From Gemmatimonadota bacterium (GTDB taxonomy: Bacteria; Gemmatimonadota; Gemmatimonadetes; JACCXV01; JAHWKZ01), in NCBI GenBank assembly GCA_046261835.1, contig JBHEOA010000098.1, forward strand, positions 1-46,424: a stretch of DNA of 46,424 nucleotides, read 5' to 3'. Position 1 is the first letter of the stretch, and every line of letters begins with the position of its first letter. The notes under the pieces were generated by a model. It was not told the DNA's origin and made no database searches. It saw only the letters and a list, made by a program, of their open reading frames with translations. Below are positions 1 through 9,632 of this stretch, piece after piece. The translations under genes were made by a program, and so were the position numbers.

Positions 1-346
1 GCTCGCCCTCGGCCAGTAGCCACTTGGCTCCCAGCGAGGGGTCTTCGAGCCCTTCGACATCGCTGTCCGGGCCATCGACCCGGGTGTAAGAGTTGGGCGC
101 GACCCGGAACTCGAGCCGGTCGTGCAGGCCGATTCGCACGAGGATCTCGCCCAGAGCGAGTTCGTCGCTGTCCCCAAGGTCGGTCCAAGTCGCACCCCCC
201 TCGAGCTGGACACGACCCGTGCCTACGACAGCGGCGCTCTCGGTGAAATCGGGGCGATCGGTGACGAGCGGACCCTGGGCATTCATCGACGAAACGGAGA
301 AAAGGGAGAAAACGACGAACGAAAGCGCCAGCGAAGCGATCCTCAA
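1..346 (-). CDS. Outer-membrane beta-barrel transporter (Phenol_MetA_deg-like), N-terminal part; runs off the window
   Basis: Manual translation from TTG 346: MRIASLALSFVVFSLFSVSSMNAQGPLVTDRPDFTESAAVVGTGRVQLEGG...; signal peptide plus the TDRPDFTES motif typical of this family. Not in the ORF track. Confidence 0.7.
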   Translation of the reverse strand, partial: MRIASLALSFVVFSLFSVSSMNAQGPLVTDRPDFTESAAVVGTGRVQLEGGATWTDLGDSDELALGEILVRIGLHDRLEFRVAPNSYTRVDGPDSDVEGLEDPSLGAKWLLAEGE

Positions 347-425
347 GATGCCCCCGGGTTGGAGTCAGGATTTAGGTAAGGCTAAATTCTGACCGGGATG
401 GGAGTCGCCGTCAAGACCCCGTCCC

Positions 426-887
426 TCAATCAACGAGCTCGGGGGTCAGGATCCAGGCGATGCGCCACCCCGCTCCGTCACGCCCGAGGGCAACCAGCCC
501 AGCGTTTCGGAACGCGACCACCTCGAGGCCCGGATCGCCCGTGACGAGGAGCGAGGTGAGGCGGCTCAAGTGGGGCATATGGCCGGCGACCGCCAGCTGC
601 GCTCTGGTCGCGCCCAGCGCTTCCGCGGCGATCCGCGGGTCGTCGCCCGGTGCGAGACCTGCCATCTCCCGAGGTTCGATACCGGGGGAGAGGTGCGCGG
701 CCAGGAGGCCCGCCGTCTCTGCCGCGCGGAGTTTGCCCGAATGCCACACGCCGTCTACCGAGACGCCGCGTTGGGCTGCGGCGCGGGCAATCCGTTCGAC
801 CTCCTCTCGCCCACGGGCGGTCAGGGGCCGCTGGGAGTCGATCTCCTCGGGGACCGCCTCGCCATGTTGGACGAGGATCAGATCCAT
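426..887 (-). CDS. sixA: Phosphohistidine phosphatase SixA
   Basis: LVQHGEA...RPLT..G, HSGKLRAAETA and VAGHMPHLSRL histidine-phosphatase motifs; 153 aa. Confidence 0.9.
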   Translation of the reverse strand: MDLILVQHGEAVPEEIDSQRPLTARGREEVERIARAAAQRGVSVDGVWHSGKLRAAETAGLLAAHLSPGIEPREMAGLAPGDDPRIAAEALGATRAQLAVAGHMPHLSRLTSLLVTGDPGLEVVAFRNAGLVALGRDGAGWRIAWILTPELVD

Positions 888-892
888 TGGTG

Positions 893-1153
893 CTACTTGA
901 TCCGCTTGCCCGCCTTCTCGAGAGACTTACCGCCCTTCTCCATCCGCTTGGCGGTCTCCTCCATGCGCTTGGCAGCCACCTCCATGCGCCTGGCCGCCTC
1001 CTCGAGCTTCTTGCCCAGATCGACGAGTTTCTCTCCCGTCTTGCGGCGCGTTTTGCCGTAGGTCTTCTGAGCCTTCCCGCTGACCTTCTGGGCCTTGCTA
1101 CGAACGGCCCTGGCGACTCCTTTGACCTCTTTCTTGCTCGGAACTTTGGCCAC
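893..1153 (-). CDS. Small Lys/Arg/Ala-rich coiled-coil protein (86 aa)
   Basis: GTG 1153 preceded by GAAAGGAG; heptad repeats ARRMEVA/AKRMEET/AKRMEKG; stop lies 5 bp before the sixA start. Confidence 0.7.
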   Translation of the reverse strand: MAKVPSKKEVKGVARAVRSKAQKVSGKAQKTYGKTRRKTGEKLVDLGKKLEEAARRMEVAAKRMEETAKRMEKGGKSLEKAGKRIK

Positions 1154-1473
1154 GCTAGCTCCTTTCACGCGCCGAGAGGCGCCGTCTATTCGAGTTTCCT
1201 CCATTTGGCGGTTCGGATGATGCACAACGGTGAACCGCCACGCTGATACATGGGCTCCTGATCCCTTTCGGGACGTTCTCAATATCGTACTCATTGCTCG
1301 GATCGAGTGGTTGTGTTTCCTGGCGATCCTCCGCGACGGTGACGTAGTCGAACGTCTCGGGAGCGATCACACGGGGTTCTCGTCCGTAGAGCCAGATGTC
1401 GTCGCTGCATCGCTGGGCCGCATCGTCCGGGACGAGTAGCCAGGACGATCCACAAAGCTAGGGAGAGACGGAG

Positions 1474-3630
1474 CTACAGTAGGGCCTCAGGCTCCACCCG
1501 AATATCATCGAACCAGGCTGTTCCGGTCCCATCGACTTCGGGTTTGAGAGTCAGAACAACCTGCGCCTTGGCTGCATTGGTCGGTGAGAGAAGTATGCTG
1601 GTAAGCTCAGTCCAGTCGAGGGTTCCTCTGTGCGTACCCACGATCTTGGCGTTGATACGTTGGTTGGCGCTGTCGATCCAGCTCACTTTGAGTACAGCGC
1701 TGCCAGCGATATCCTGAACCTTTGCCCAGCCGGAGACGCTATAGGCGGTGTTCGGGGCGACGATGAAAGTCTGTGACACCGATGAAGATCGAGTGCTAGC
1801 TGCGATCATCTGAAGCGCTTTCGCTCCCATATGGGTAGGGCTCGTCACGATCGTCCGATTCGCGTTACCCACATTTAGCCATCCCGTTGCGCCCTCTTCA
1901 AAACCAGGATTCGTGAGCAGATTGACCGATGCGCCTTGCAGCTCGTGTGCGCCAATATCGAACGCGGACCCTAGCGGAACGGCGCTCCCAAAGAAATCCT
2001 GACTGCCTGGGTTCATACCGAACACTGAAGCGAGATCAAGACCGGTATCAATGAGCGGAGAGTCCGTACGGAGCTGGTAGGCCGTAAGTGTGGGAAGTAA
2101 TGCGGTGTCGTTGAGGGTTCCTCCACCGCCTGGACTGGTAAGACGCGGATCAACGGTAATGCCCACGTCCGTGTCATTTACCCTCTCCTGACCCGTCGCC
2201 GCTCGCCACGCATCCACGCTTGAGTATGTGTTGCTTCTCCACCTGATGGCGAAAGTGCCGCCACTTGGCCAGTAGCTGTTGTTCTGGAAGAGCATTCCGG
2301 ATTGGCTCGAGGAAATGTCGAGCAGGAGAACGTTTCCAGCCGTGATAAAGACATTGTTCCGAAAGTGAACGTTGAGTGTCGGATCGATAACCCTCACCGC
2401 CCGTGGAGCTCCGGACGAGGAAGGTGCGACATAGATCACATTATTATGTATCTCAGCGCCGTTGAATTCAGTGCCATCTGCTCTGAAGAGCATGATGCCC
2501 GCATAATTGTTCCTTCGCCCATCATTTTGACTAATGTTGTAGCGCACCACGTTGTTTGAAAACGGCCGGGCCCCATCGAACTGTCCGAGCAAGAACCCCG
2601 CTCCATCGTTATCATGAGAGTAGTTATACTGCGCAACCGAGTTTGTCGTGCCGCCGTCAAGATCAAAACCTCCTCCGTCTTCACCAGACCCTGAGTGGTT
2701 TCCATATGATTCATTGTGCTGAATTACGATATCATTTGAATCCCACGCCCAAATTCCGTACGGACCTCCCTCCCCATGGTTCTGGCCTCCGTTGTTATAC
2801 GTAATCGAATGTTCAATAATTCCTCCGTCAACGTCGGAGATGACGATGCCGCTTCCGGAATTAGTTGAAAGCATCGGGTCTCCTGAATTGTTATATGCTC
2901 TCGAGTAGCCGATGTAGACGTCTTCATGCGCATAGCTGGTTGAGGTGGAAGAGAATTTTCCGGAAATGTGCATGCCGTTCTTAAGGTTGTCATGTGATAC
3001 GGTGCGAATGATTCGTATATCGCGGTACCCCGTTTTTCCGTTCCATGCGCCAATCCCAATCCCGTTCTTTCCGAATCCACTCGCCTCCACGTCGGTGATG
3101 TATACATGCCCGAGCTTCACGTCTCCCGGAAGATCCGTAAAAAAGAGGAGCCCGTTGCCTGTATTGCTGAGAGCCCCATCGCCTACGATCCTGAGATTGC
3201 TGACAGAGACTCCTCCGAGATTGTAGACGAAGAGCCCGTCTCCTGTTCCGGCTCGAAACGTGGCTCTTCCAGACCCGTACGAAGAGATGGTCAGAGGTCC
3301 TGTATCCTGAGAATCGAGATAGAGACGCCCAAAAAACTCTGCGCCTCCCTTGAAACGAATGATATCTCCTGAAGAAAAGTCGACGCTATTTACCTTGGCA
3401 ATCGTCCGCCATGGTGTGCCAGTGGATTTGCCATCGTTGGCATCGTTGCCGGAGGGGCTTATGTAATAAGTTGTTCCGGTGGTCGCCGATGAGAGAGTCG
3501 TAGTCTCAGCGGTGTCGAGCTGGGGTGCGGTGACGTCATTATTGAATGAACATGCCATCACCGCGAGCGCGAACACCATGCTCCGGGAACACACGATCCA
3601 TACTCCCATTAACCTGTCCCATGTTTTCAA
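1474..3630 (-). CDS. Lipoprotein with right-handed parallel beta-helix domain and C-terminal CBM_4_9-like domain
   Basis: YYISPSGNDANDG...PWRTI start of beta-helix, DGGGFDLDGG and YNYSHDNDGAG repeats, DIGAHE, then NLLTNPGFEEG...AWFDDIRV; lipobox VMAC; TTG 3630 after AAGGA (ATG 3609 alternative). Confidence 0.8.
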   Translation of the reverse strand: MKTWDRLMGVWIVCSRSMVFALAVMACSFNNDVTAPQLDTAETTTLSSATTGTTYYISPSGNDANDGKSTGTPWRTIAKVNSVDFSSGDIIRFKGGAEFFGRLYLDSQDTGPLTISSYGSGRATFRAGTGDGLFVYNLGGVSVSNLRIVGDGALSNTGNGLLFFTDLPGDVKLGHVYITDVEASGFGKNGIGIGAWNGKTGYRDIRIIRTVSHDNLKNGMHISGKFSSTSTSYAHEDVYIGYSRAYNNSGDPMLSTNSGSGIVISDVDGGIIEHSITYNNGGQNHGEGGPYGIWAWDSNDIVIQHNESYGNHSGSGEDGGGFDLDGGTTNSVAQYNYSHDNDGAGFLLGQFDGARPFSNNVVRYNISQNDGRRNNYAGIMLFRADGTEFNGAEIHNNVIYVAPSSSGAPRAVRVIDPTLNVHFRNNVFITAGNVLLLDISSSQSGMLFQNNSYWPSGGTFAIRWRSNTYSSVDAWRAATGQERVNDTDVGITVDPRLTSPGGGGTLNDTALLPTLTAYQLRTDSPLIDTGLDLASVFGMNPGSQDFFGSAVPLGSAFDIGAHELQGASVNLLTNPGFEEGATGWLNVGNANRTIVTSPTHMGAKALQMIAASTRSSSVSQTFIVAPNTAYSVSGWAKVQDIAGSAVLKVSWIDSANQRINAKIVGTHRGTLDWTELTSILLSPTNAAKAQVVLTLKPEVDGTGTAWFDDIRVEPEALL

Positions 3631-3742
3631 TGTTCCTTCTCCCTGACATGCTTCACCGCCCGCTTGGGAAAGAGGGAAAAGGCGGGAGGATCCCACCCCT
3701 TCGCGAATACATCGTGCGCTACTGCTGGAGAACCGCTCGGTC

Positions 3743-4006
3743 TTACCGGGCGCGCCAATGCCCGTGGCATACTCCAGCAGATGGTGCCTGAGTTGATTCA
3801 ACAGCCAGCGTGCCCCGCGTGGAGGGGACGCTTTCAGTGCTCTTGAAAACGATGACGGTGTTGGTAGGTAGTGCCGACGACGTTGCGGCTGTCGTCAGCG
3901 CGGTGGGCTGATTCGCGAGCTCGGGGGCGGTTACCTGTTCATCCGATGAACCCGCCGCGACCCCGAGCACCATCGGCGTAAGGATCCAAGCGACCTGTGC
4001 TTCCAT
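3743..4006 (-). pseudogene. Possible truncated remnant of a paralogous secreted/lipoprotein gene
   Basis: Hydrophobic leader then SSDEQVTAPELANQPTALTTAATSS resembles FNNDVTAPQLDTAETTTLSSATT of the downstream gene; C-terminus looks degenerate. Confidence 0.35.
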
Positions 4007-4125
4007 TTGCCACTTCCCACTCTCGAGTCAAGGGAGTCCGATGACGGGTTCCCCTTCTCGGTGCGTACTCGACATCTATGATCAGGATCCCTTCTGGAAT
4101 CATGTGTTAGTCCGCGAACAATCTG

Positions 4126-5229
4126 TCACGATTCGTTCCACTCGGCAACAAAAATGTTGGTCTCCCCCGGTTTCGCGGCATTTCGGTTGGAGGCCCAGAG
4201 CAGCTTCCGACCATCGGAGCTGAACATCGGAAAGGCGTCGAAGTCTGGATGAAACGTGATACGGGTGAGATCGCTTCCGTCGACGTCGATCAAATAGAGG
4301 TCGAAGTTGCGACCGCGAGGGTCGTGCATGTTGCTCGCGAAGATGATGCGCTCGCCGTCGGGGAGGAAGTACGGGGCAAAGTTGGCCGCCCCGTTACGCG
4401 TGACCTGTCGCTTGTCGGAGCCGTCCACATTCATGATCCAGATCTCCATGTGCGAGGGTCTGACAAGTCCTTCGGCCAGGAGCGAACGGTATTCCGCCAG
4501 CTCCTCTTCGGTCTCGGGATGACGCGCGCGGTAGACGATCCTCGTCCCGTCGTAGGAGAAGAAAGCGCCTCCGTCATAGCCGGGCTCGTGGGTCACCCGG
4601 CGGGGGTTCGAGCCGTCGGGATCCATGACGTAGAGGTCGAGGTCGCCGTCCCGGACCGAGGTGAAGACCATCATGGAGCCGTCGCGCGACATCGTCGCTT
4701 CCGCGTCATAGCCGGGGGAGGACGTGATGCGTGTGACGTCGCTCCCATCGAGGCGGGCGGTGAAGACGTCGTAGCCCGGTTGGACCCGCCACACGTAGCC
4801 CCGGCTGAAATCCGGGGGAGGCGGACAGCGGGAACTCGCGAGGTGAGTCGAAGAGTAAAGGATCCGATCATTCGATGGATAGAGGAAATAGGAGCACGTC
4901 GTGATGCCCGCGCCGGTCGACACCATGCGCGGGTCACCCCCGTCCGGCCGCATCACGAAGATCTGATCGCATTCGAGCGAGTCGGGCGTCGCCTGAAAGA
5001 CGATCCAGCGGTCGTCGGGACTCCAGTACGCCTCGGCGTTCTGACCCCCGAAGGTGAGCTGGCGGATGTTCGCGAGGAACCGCTCCTCGCCGGAATCGGC
5101 GGGGACTGCGATCGAGGCTGGTGGGCTCTGAGCGGTCTCGTGGACTCCGCATGCCAGCGCCAAAGCGGCGAGCGGGACGGCAGCAGTCGCTAGAACGATA
5201 TTGGCGCCGAGGCCCAAGGCGTTCTTCAT
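4126..5229 (-). CDS. TolB-like PD40 beta-propeller lipoprotein
   Basis: LTFGGQNAEAYWSPD, GYDAEAT, GYDGGAFFS, ANFAPYF, FDAFPMFS repeats; lipobox ALAC; RBS AAGGGAG. Confidence 0.88.
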   Translation of the reverse strand: MKNALGLGANIVLATAAVPLAALALACGVHETAQSPPASIAVPADSGEERFLANIRQLTFGGQNAEAYWSPDDRWIVFQATPDSLECDQIFVMRPDGGDPRMVSTGAGITTCSYFLYPSNDRILYSSTHLASSRCPPPPDFSRGYVWRVQPGYDVFTARLDGSDVTRITSSPGYDAEATMSRDGSMMVFTSVRDGDLDLYVMDPDGSNPRRVTHEPGYDGGAFFSYDGTRIVYRARHPETEEELAEYRSLLAEGLVRPSHMEIWIMNVDGSDKRQVTRNGAANFAPYFLPDGERIIFASNMHDPRGRNFDLYLIDVDGSDLTRITFHPDFDAFPMFSSDGRKLLWASNRNAAKPGETNIFVAEWNES

Positions 5230-5250
5230 ATGACTCCCTTGAAGTTGCGG

Positions 5251-6585
5251 ATGAATACGGCGAACCGATCTGGCCGCGGGGCCCTGACGGCGCTTCTCGT
5301 CGTCGCGTCACTCGCCGCGGCGACTCCGGCGCGCGGGCAGACCGACGCACGCGAGCCGTCAATGTGCGGTCCCTCGCCCCCTGCTGTCGAGCCGACGCCG
5401 GCGTTCACGCCGGCCGAGATCTGCGCCACGATCGCCGTTCTGGCTGCTGACTCGATGGAGGGGCGCGAGGCGGGGACGCAGGGCGCCTCCCGCGCAGCGG
5501 AGTACATCGCGGCGCGCTTCCGAATGATCGGACTCGAAACCCGCAACCAGGGCTTCCCGTTCTCTCGCTCGCAACCGCATCCACCCCACCTCCATCCCCA
5601 TCACAACGCGCTCGCCGATACGCTGCCGCTACCCGCTACCAACATCGTCGCGATCCTCCCGGGCGCTGATCCCCAGCTGCGCGACGAGGCGGTCGTCGTG
5701 GGCGCTCACTACGACCACCTGGGTTGGGGCGGCGTCGGATCGCTGACCCCCGATGAGCACGCGATCCACAACGGCGCCGACGACAACGCTTCCGGCGTCG
5801 CCGGGTTGCTCGAGCTCGCCCACCACTTCTCGATGCGCCCACCGCGTCGCACGCTCGTCTTCCTCGCGTTCGGCGCCGAGGAGCTGGGCGCGCTCGGCTC
5901 CCAGCACTACGTCCGCAAGCCTGTGTGGCCGATCGCGCAGACGGTCGCCATGGTCAATCTCGACATGATCGGTCGCCTGCGTGATCGCCTTACGGTGCAG
6001 GGGGTGGGCTCCTCGCCCGCCTGGCCCGCGATCCTCGATTCGCTGGCGAAGCGCCCCGGCGCGCCGGAGCTCGCCCGCGTTCCGGACGGTCTGGGCCCCA
6101 GCGACCACTCCTCGTTCTACATCGTGAAAGTGCCGGTCCTCTTCTTCTTCACCGGCGCTCACGACGACTACCATCGGCCAGGCGACGACGTCGAGCGGAT
6201 CGACGGGGCGGGGGAAGCGCGGGTGCTCGAGCTAATCGCCGAGGCGATCGCCAGTACGGCGGACGCCGACGAGCAGGTCGCTTTCAGCGAGGCGCCGGTC
6301 ACCGAGCGGCGCGCGGCGGCCTTCAAGGTCGGGCTCGGGGTCGTTCCCGACTACGGTTTCGCGGGTCCCGGTCTTCGGCTCTCGGGCGTACGCGCCGGCG
6401 GCCCTGGCGACCGCGCGGGACTTCGCGCCGACGACGTTTTGCTCGAGCTCGCCGGCCGCTCGATCGATGACGTTTATGGATACACTGCCATCCTCGCCGA
6501 GCTCGAGGCGGACGAGCCGGTCGAAGCGGTCGTGACACGCGGCGGGGAGACGGTGCGTCTGACCGTGACCCCCGAGTCCCGCTGA
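5251..6585 (+). CDS. M28 family peptidase with C-terminal PDZ domain
   Basis: GAHYDHLG, GADDNASG, AEELG, NLDMIG, SDHSSF, YHRPGD motifs; GLGVVPD...GLRADDV PDZ; signal peptide (ATG 5230 alternative). Confidence 0.9.
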   Translation: MNTANRSGRGALTALLVVASLAAATPARGQTDAREPSMCGPSPPAVEPTPAFTPAEICATIAVLAADSMEGREAGTQGASRAAEYIAARFRMIGLETRNQGFPFSRSQPHPPHLHPHHNALADTLPLPATNIVAILPGADPQLRDEAVVVGAHYDHLGWGGVGSLTPDEHAIHNGADDNASGVAGLLELAHHFSMRPPRRTLVFLAFGAEELGALGSQHYVRKPVWPIAQTVAMVNLDMIGRLRDRLTVQGVGSSPAWPAILDSLAKRPGAPELARVPDGLGPSDHSSFYIVKVPVLFFFTGAHDDYHRPGDDVERIDGAGEARVLELIAEAIASTADADEQVAFSEAPVTERRAAAFKVGLGVVPDYGFAGPGLRLSGVRAGGPGDRAGLRADDVLLELAGRSIDDVYGYTAILAELEADEPVEAVVTRGGETVRLTVTPESR

Positions 6586-6597
6586 GGTAGGGGCACG

Positions 6598-7164
6598 ATG
6601 CCGCACCGGGCCCTGCTTCTCGCCTTGGTCCTGGCCTGTGCGCCCGGCGGCGATCAGACCGCGGACGACCAGCCCGCAACCACCCAGGAGACCACCATGA
6701 CCTTCACGCTGACGAGCCCCGCCTTCGAGGCGGGGTCTACGGTTCCGACCGAGCACACCTGCGATGGAAAGGACGTTTCGCCGGCGCTACGATGGGAGGG
6801 CGTTCGCGAGGATGTCGTTTCTTACGCCCTGATCGTCGACGACCCCGACGCGCCGCGCGGCACGTTCGTGCACTGGGTTCTCTACGACGTGCCGGGCCAT
6901 GCCCGCGAGCTGCCGGAGAACGTCGGGCCAGCCCAGCGGCTGGAGAACCTCGGCGAGGCGGCGCAGGGAGAGAACGACTTCGGGGAAATCGGCTGGAAGG
7001 GCCCGTGCCCGCCGCGTGGCCGGCCCCATCACTATGTCTTCCACCTCTACGCTCTCGACGCGCGACTCGGTCTCGATCCTGGCGTGAAGCGCGAGGAAGT
7101 CAACCGTGCCATGGAAGGGCACGTGTTGGGGACGGCCGAGCTCACCGGACTGTACGGACGCTGA
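6598..7164 (+). CDS. YbhB/YbcL family (PEBP, Raf kinase inhibitor-like) lipoprotein
   Basis: LTSPAF, SPALRW, DDPDAP, HWVLYD, GPCPP, HHYVFHLYALD; lipobox VLAC. Confidence 0.92.
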   Translation: MPHRALLLALVLACAPGGDQTADDQPATTQETTMTFTLTSPAFEAGSTVPTEHTCDGKDVSPALRWEGVREDVVSYALIVDDPDAPRGTFVHWVLYDVPGHARELPENVGPAQRLENLGEAAQGENDFGEIGWKGPCPPRGRPHHYVFHLYALDARLGLDPGVKREEVNRAMEGHVLGTAELTGLYGR

Positions 7165-7195
7165 GCGCCGCGCGTAGCACCGAGCCGATTGCTAG

Positions 7196-7990
7196 CTAGC
7201 TCCGCTGCAGGCGGATCGATCCATTCACCGTCTGGAGATCGATCGTTCCGCCGCCACCACCGCCGAGGATCGCCTCGAAATGTTGTGGTCCCCACCGGCG
7301 GTTCGATTCCAGCGTGAGCGGGAAGTCCGATTCGATGCCGCCGTTGACCGTCTTGCCGCTCACTTCCGCTCGAGTCTGGTCCGGCAACCGGAGCGTGATC
7401 GAGCCGTTGACCGTCTCGAACTGAAGCTCGCCCGTCCAGGATGGCCGACCCGTGGTCGCCTCGATGGATCCGTTGACCGTCCGTGCCGTGACGATGCCAG
7501 CGGTCACTACCGCGACCTCACCGTTCACCGTGCTGGCCTCGACGTCTCCCGAGAGACCCGAAGCGCGGACCCCGCCGTTCACCGTGCCGACAACCAGACG
7601 CGCCCCGGAAGGCACACTCACCTCGAAGTCGACCGTGACGTCGTTGTCGCGCGTCTGCGAGCCTTCACCGTCGCGCCGGCAACGATTGGGCTCGTCGCGA
7701 TCCCGGCTCGGGTAGATCGCGCACACGAGCACCCCTTCGGTATCCTCGACGACCTCGATCGTGACCTCGCGGGGATCGCTCTTCTCTCCCCGCTTCGTCG
7801 CCCGGACCTCGACCGTCGAGCCGGTGCCCGGTGACGCCTCGATGTCGCCGTTGATACCGCGAATCTCGATCGTGCTACCGGTGGCCAGCGTACCGCTCCA
7901 GCGGAACGCGTCCTCGACCTGACCTCTGGCCGTGGTGGACGGAGCGAGTATTGCCAGTACGAAAGCCGCCGCGAACCAACGCCTCTTCAT
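7196..7990 (-). CDS. DUF4097 beta-strand-repeat exported protein
   Basis: Repeated TVNGxI/V motifs, signal peptide, RBS AGGAGG. Confidence 0.85.
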   Translation of the reverse strand: MKRRWFAAAFVLAILAPSTTARGQVEDAFRWSGTLATGSTIEIRGINGDIEASPGTGSTVEVRATKRGEKSDPREVTIEVVEDTEGVLVCAIYPSRDRDEPNRCRRDGEGSQTRDNDVTVDFEVSVPSGARLVVGTVNGGVRASGLSGDVEASTVNGEVAVVTAGIVTARTVNGSIEATTGRPSWTGELQFETVNGSITLRLPDQTRAEVSGKTVNGGIESDFPLTLESNRRWGPQHFEAILGGGGGGTIDLQTVNGSIRLQRS

Positions 7991-8010
7991 TGCAACCTCC
8001 TGGAATCGTC

Positions 8011-8889
8011 TTATTGCTGGCCGGGCCGCCTGAGGCGGATCGGCCCATTGAAGGACTGGAGCTCGATCTGAGCGCCACCCGAGCCCAGCACGAAACCGAA
8101 CGTCTTGCCCTGATGGGCCTCTCGAAACGTGACGGGGAAGCTGGCTGTGAACGATCCGTTGAACGTCGATACGGTCACATCGGCCCCGACGCCTTCGGGA
8201 ACCGTGACCGTTACGCTGCCGTTGTGAGATTTGAAGCGGTATACGCCGTCCCGGTATATCGAGCCGTCGTAGTCGATCCCGCCGTTGACGCTGGTCGCCT
8301 CGACGCTGCGGGAGTCGATGCGCGCGAGGCGTAGCCCGCCATTGACCGCTCCCACCTCGATCGTACCCGAGCAGTCGGCGACCACGACACCGGCGTTGAC
8401 GGAATGCGCCGAGATCCGCCCCCGAGCCCCCTGCACGCTCACCCCGCCTTCGACCGAGTTCGCCTCGACCAGGCCGTTCCCGCCGCGCACCTGGATCGCT
8501 CCCTTGACGTTGTGGATCGCCACGCGGCCGCTTGCGCCCTCGACCGAGATCGGCGCGTGAACGGCGTGAAGATCGAGGTCCATCGCGCGCGGGACGGACA
8601 CGGTGTAGACGACCTCCTGCTTCTTTCCGCCGGGATGCGTGCTGACGCGGAGCGTCGTTCCCTCTTCATCGATTTCGACCCGAGCCTGCGGATCGTGCCG
8701 CGCGACGAGATGAACCGTGTTGCGGTCCCAGGCGCGCACCCGAATCGAGCCATTGACGGTGTGCAGAGCGAGTCGCGTGCCCTGGCGTACGGAAATTGTC
8801 CGCTCTGTGGTAGTCTGGGATAGCGCCGCCCCGGGCAACCCCAGAAAAGCGACCAGGAGAAGAAGGGCGGAGGATCGTGTCATCATCAC
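8011..8889 (-). CDS. DUF4097 beta-strand-repeat exported protein
   Basis: Repeated SVNG/TVNG/SFNG motifs; signal peptide; start overlaps the anti-sigma stop. Confidence 0.85.
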   Translation of the reverse strand: MMMTRSSALLLLVAFLGLPGAALSQTTTERTISVRQGTRLALHTVNGSIRVRAWDRNTVHLVARHDPQARVEIDEEGTTLRVSTHPGGKKQEVVYTVSVPRAMDLDLHAVHAPISVEGASGRVAIHNVKGAIQVRGGNGLVEANSVEGGVSVQGARGRISAHSVNAGVVVADCSGTIEVGAVNGGLRLARIDSRSVEATSVNGGIDYDGSIYRDGVYRFKSHNGSVTVTVPEGVGADVTVSTFNGSFTASFPVTFREAHQGKTFGFVLGSGGAQIELQSFNGPIRLRRPGQQ

Positions 8890-9581
8890 AGTGACGCGTT
8901 TCCGACCGTCGTGGTCGCGACGCGAAGGATGTCGAGCTTGCGGCGCATCTGCTCCGCGAGATGGGCGCTGAGATAGACGCTGTTCGGATCGGCCGCGAGC
9001 GCTGTGCGGGTCTCGGCGATCGCTGCGTCGATGATCGCGAGGTTGCGCTCGATCGTAGCCACCGTTCCCGGGTCGAGCTGGTCCCGCGACGCATCCAGCG
9101 CTTCCTCGAGATCGGCGACCGCCGCGTCGTACGACTCGGTGGCAAAGTCAGCGGCCAGCACGGCGTCCGCGGAGCCGGAACCGGCGGTCCCGCGATCAGC
9201 GACCGACGAGGGGCCCGTCCCCGGCATTATCTCGCGGCCCGACAGCGCGAGCCACACGCTGCCCCCGGCGATGACGATCAGGGTGATCGCCGCGGCCGCG
9301 AGCTGGGTCCAGCTCAAAGAGATGCGGCGCGCAGCATCGAGAGGCACGACCCGTGCGCGAGGGCTGGCCGCCAGACGCTCCCGGATCCCTGGCCACAGGT
9401 CGTGAGCCGGCGGACGGTCCTCCAGCGACGCGGCTCGCGTCGTGAGAGCGCGCAGGTCGGCCGCCAGCGCCGCGCACTCCGCGCACCTTCTGAGATGCGA
9501 TTCGACCTCGTCCCGCTCCGCGGCGTAGAGCTCGCCGTCGACCCAGGCCGAGAGCACAGCGGTCGGGTGTCTGGGGTTCAT
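8886..9581 (-). CDS. Zinc-binding (zf-HC2/ZAS) transmembrane anti-sigma factor
   Basis: LSAWVDGEL...HLRRCAEC (HxxxCxxC), one TM helix, helical C-terminal domain; follows an ECF sigma. Confidence 0.88.
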   Translation of the reverse strand: MNPRHPTAVLSAWVDGELYAAERDEVESHLRRCAECAALAADLRALTTRAASLEDRPPAHDLWPGIRERLAASPRARVVPLDAARRISLSWTQLAAAAITLIVIAGGSVWLALSGREIMPGTGPSSVADRGTAGSGSADAVLAADFATESYDAAVADLEEALDASRDQLDPGTVATIERNLAIIDAAIAETRTALAADPNSVYLSAHLAEQMRRKLDILRVATTTVGNASL

Positions 9582-9631
9582 TCGGTCGGGTTCATTCGGT
9601 CGGGGTTCATTCCGTCGGGGTTCATTCGGTC
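9573..9631 (-). repeat. Tandem repeat, 4 copies of GACCGAATGAACCCC (15,15,14,15 bp in transcription order)
   Basis: Plus-strand units GGGGTTCATTCGGTC at 9573, 9588 (14 bp), 9602 (one substitution) and 9617. Confidence 0.95.
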
Positions 9632-9632
9632 C

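Noticed and set aside
1206-1240. Inverted repeat TGGCGGTTC/GAACCGCCA at the islet edge as a mobile-element end
   Set aside because: No matching copy or convincing target duplication at the other edge, and no recombinase.
9573-9631. Mini-CRISPR interpretation of the tandem repeats (also 15500-15553)
   Set aside because: Units are adjacent, 14-17 bp long, with no unique spacers.
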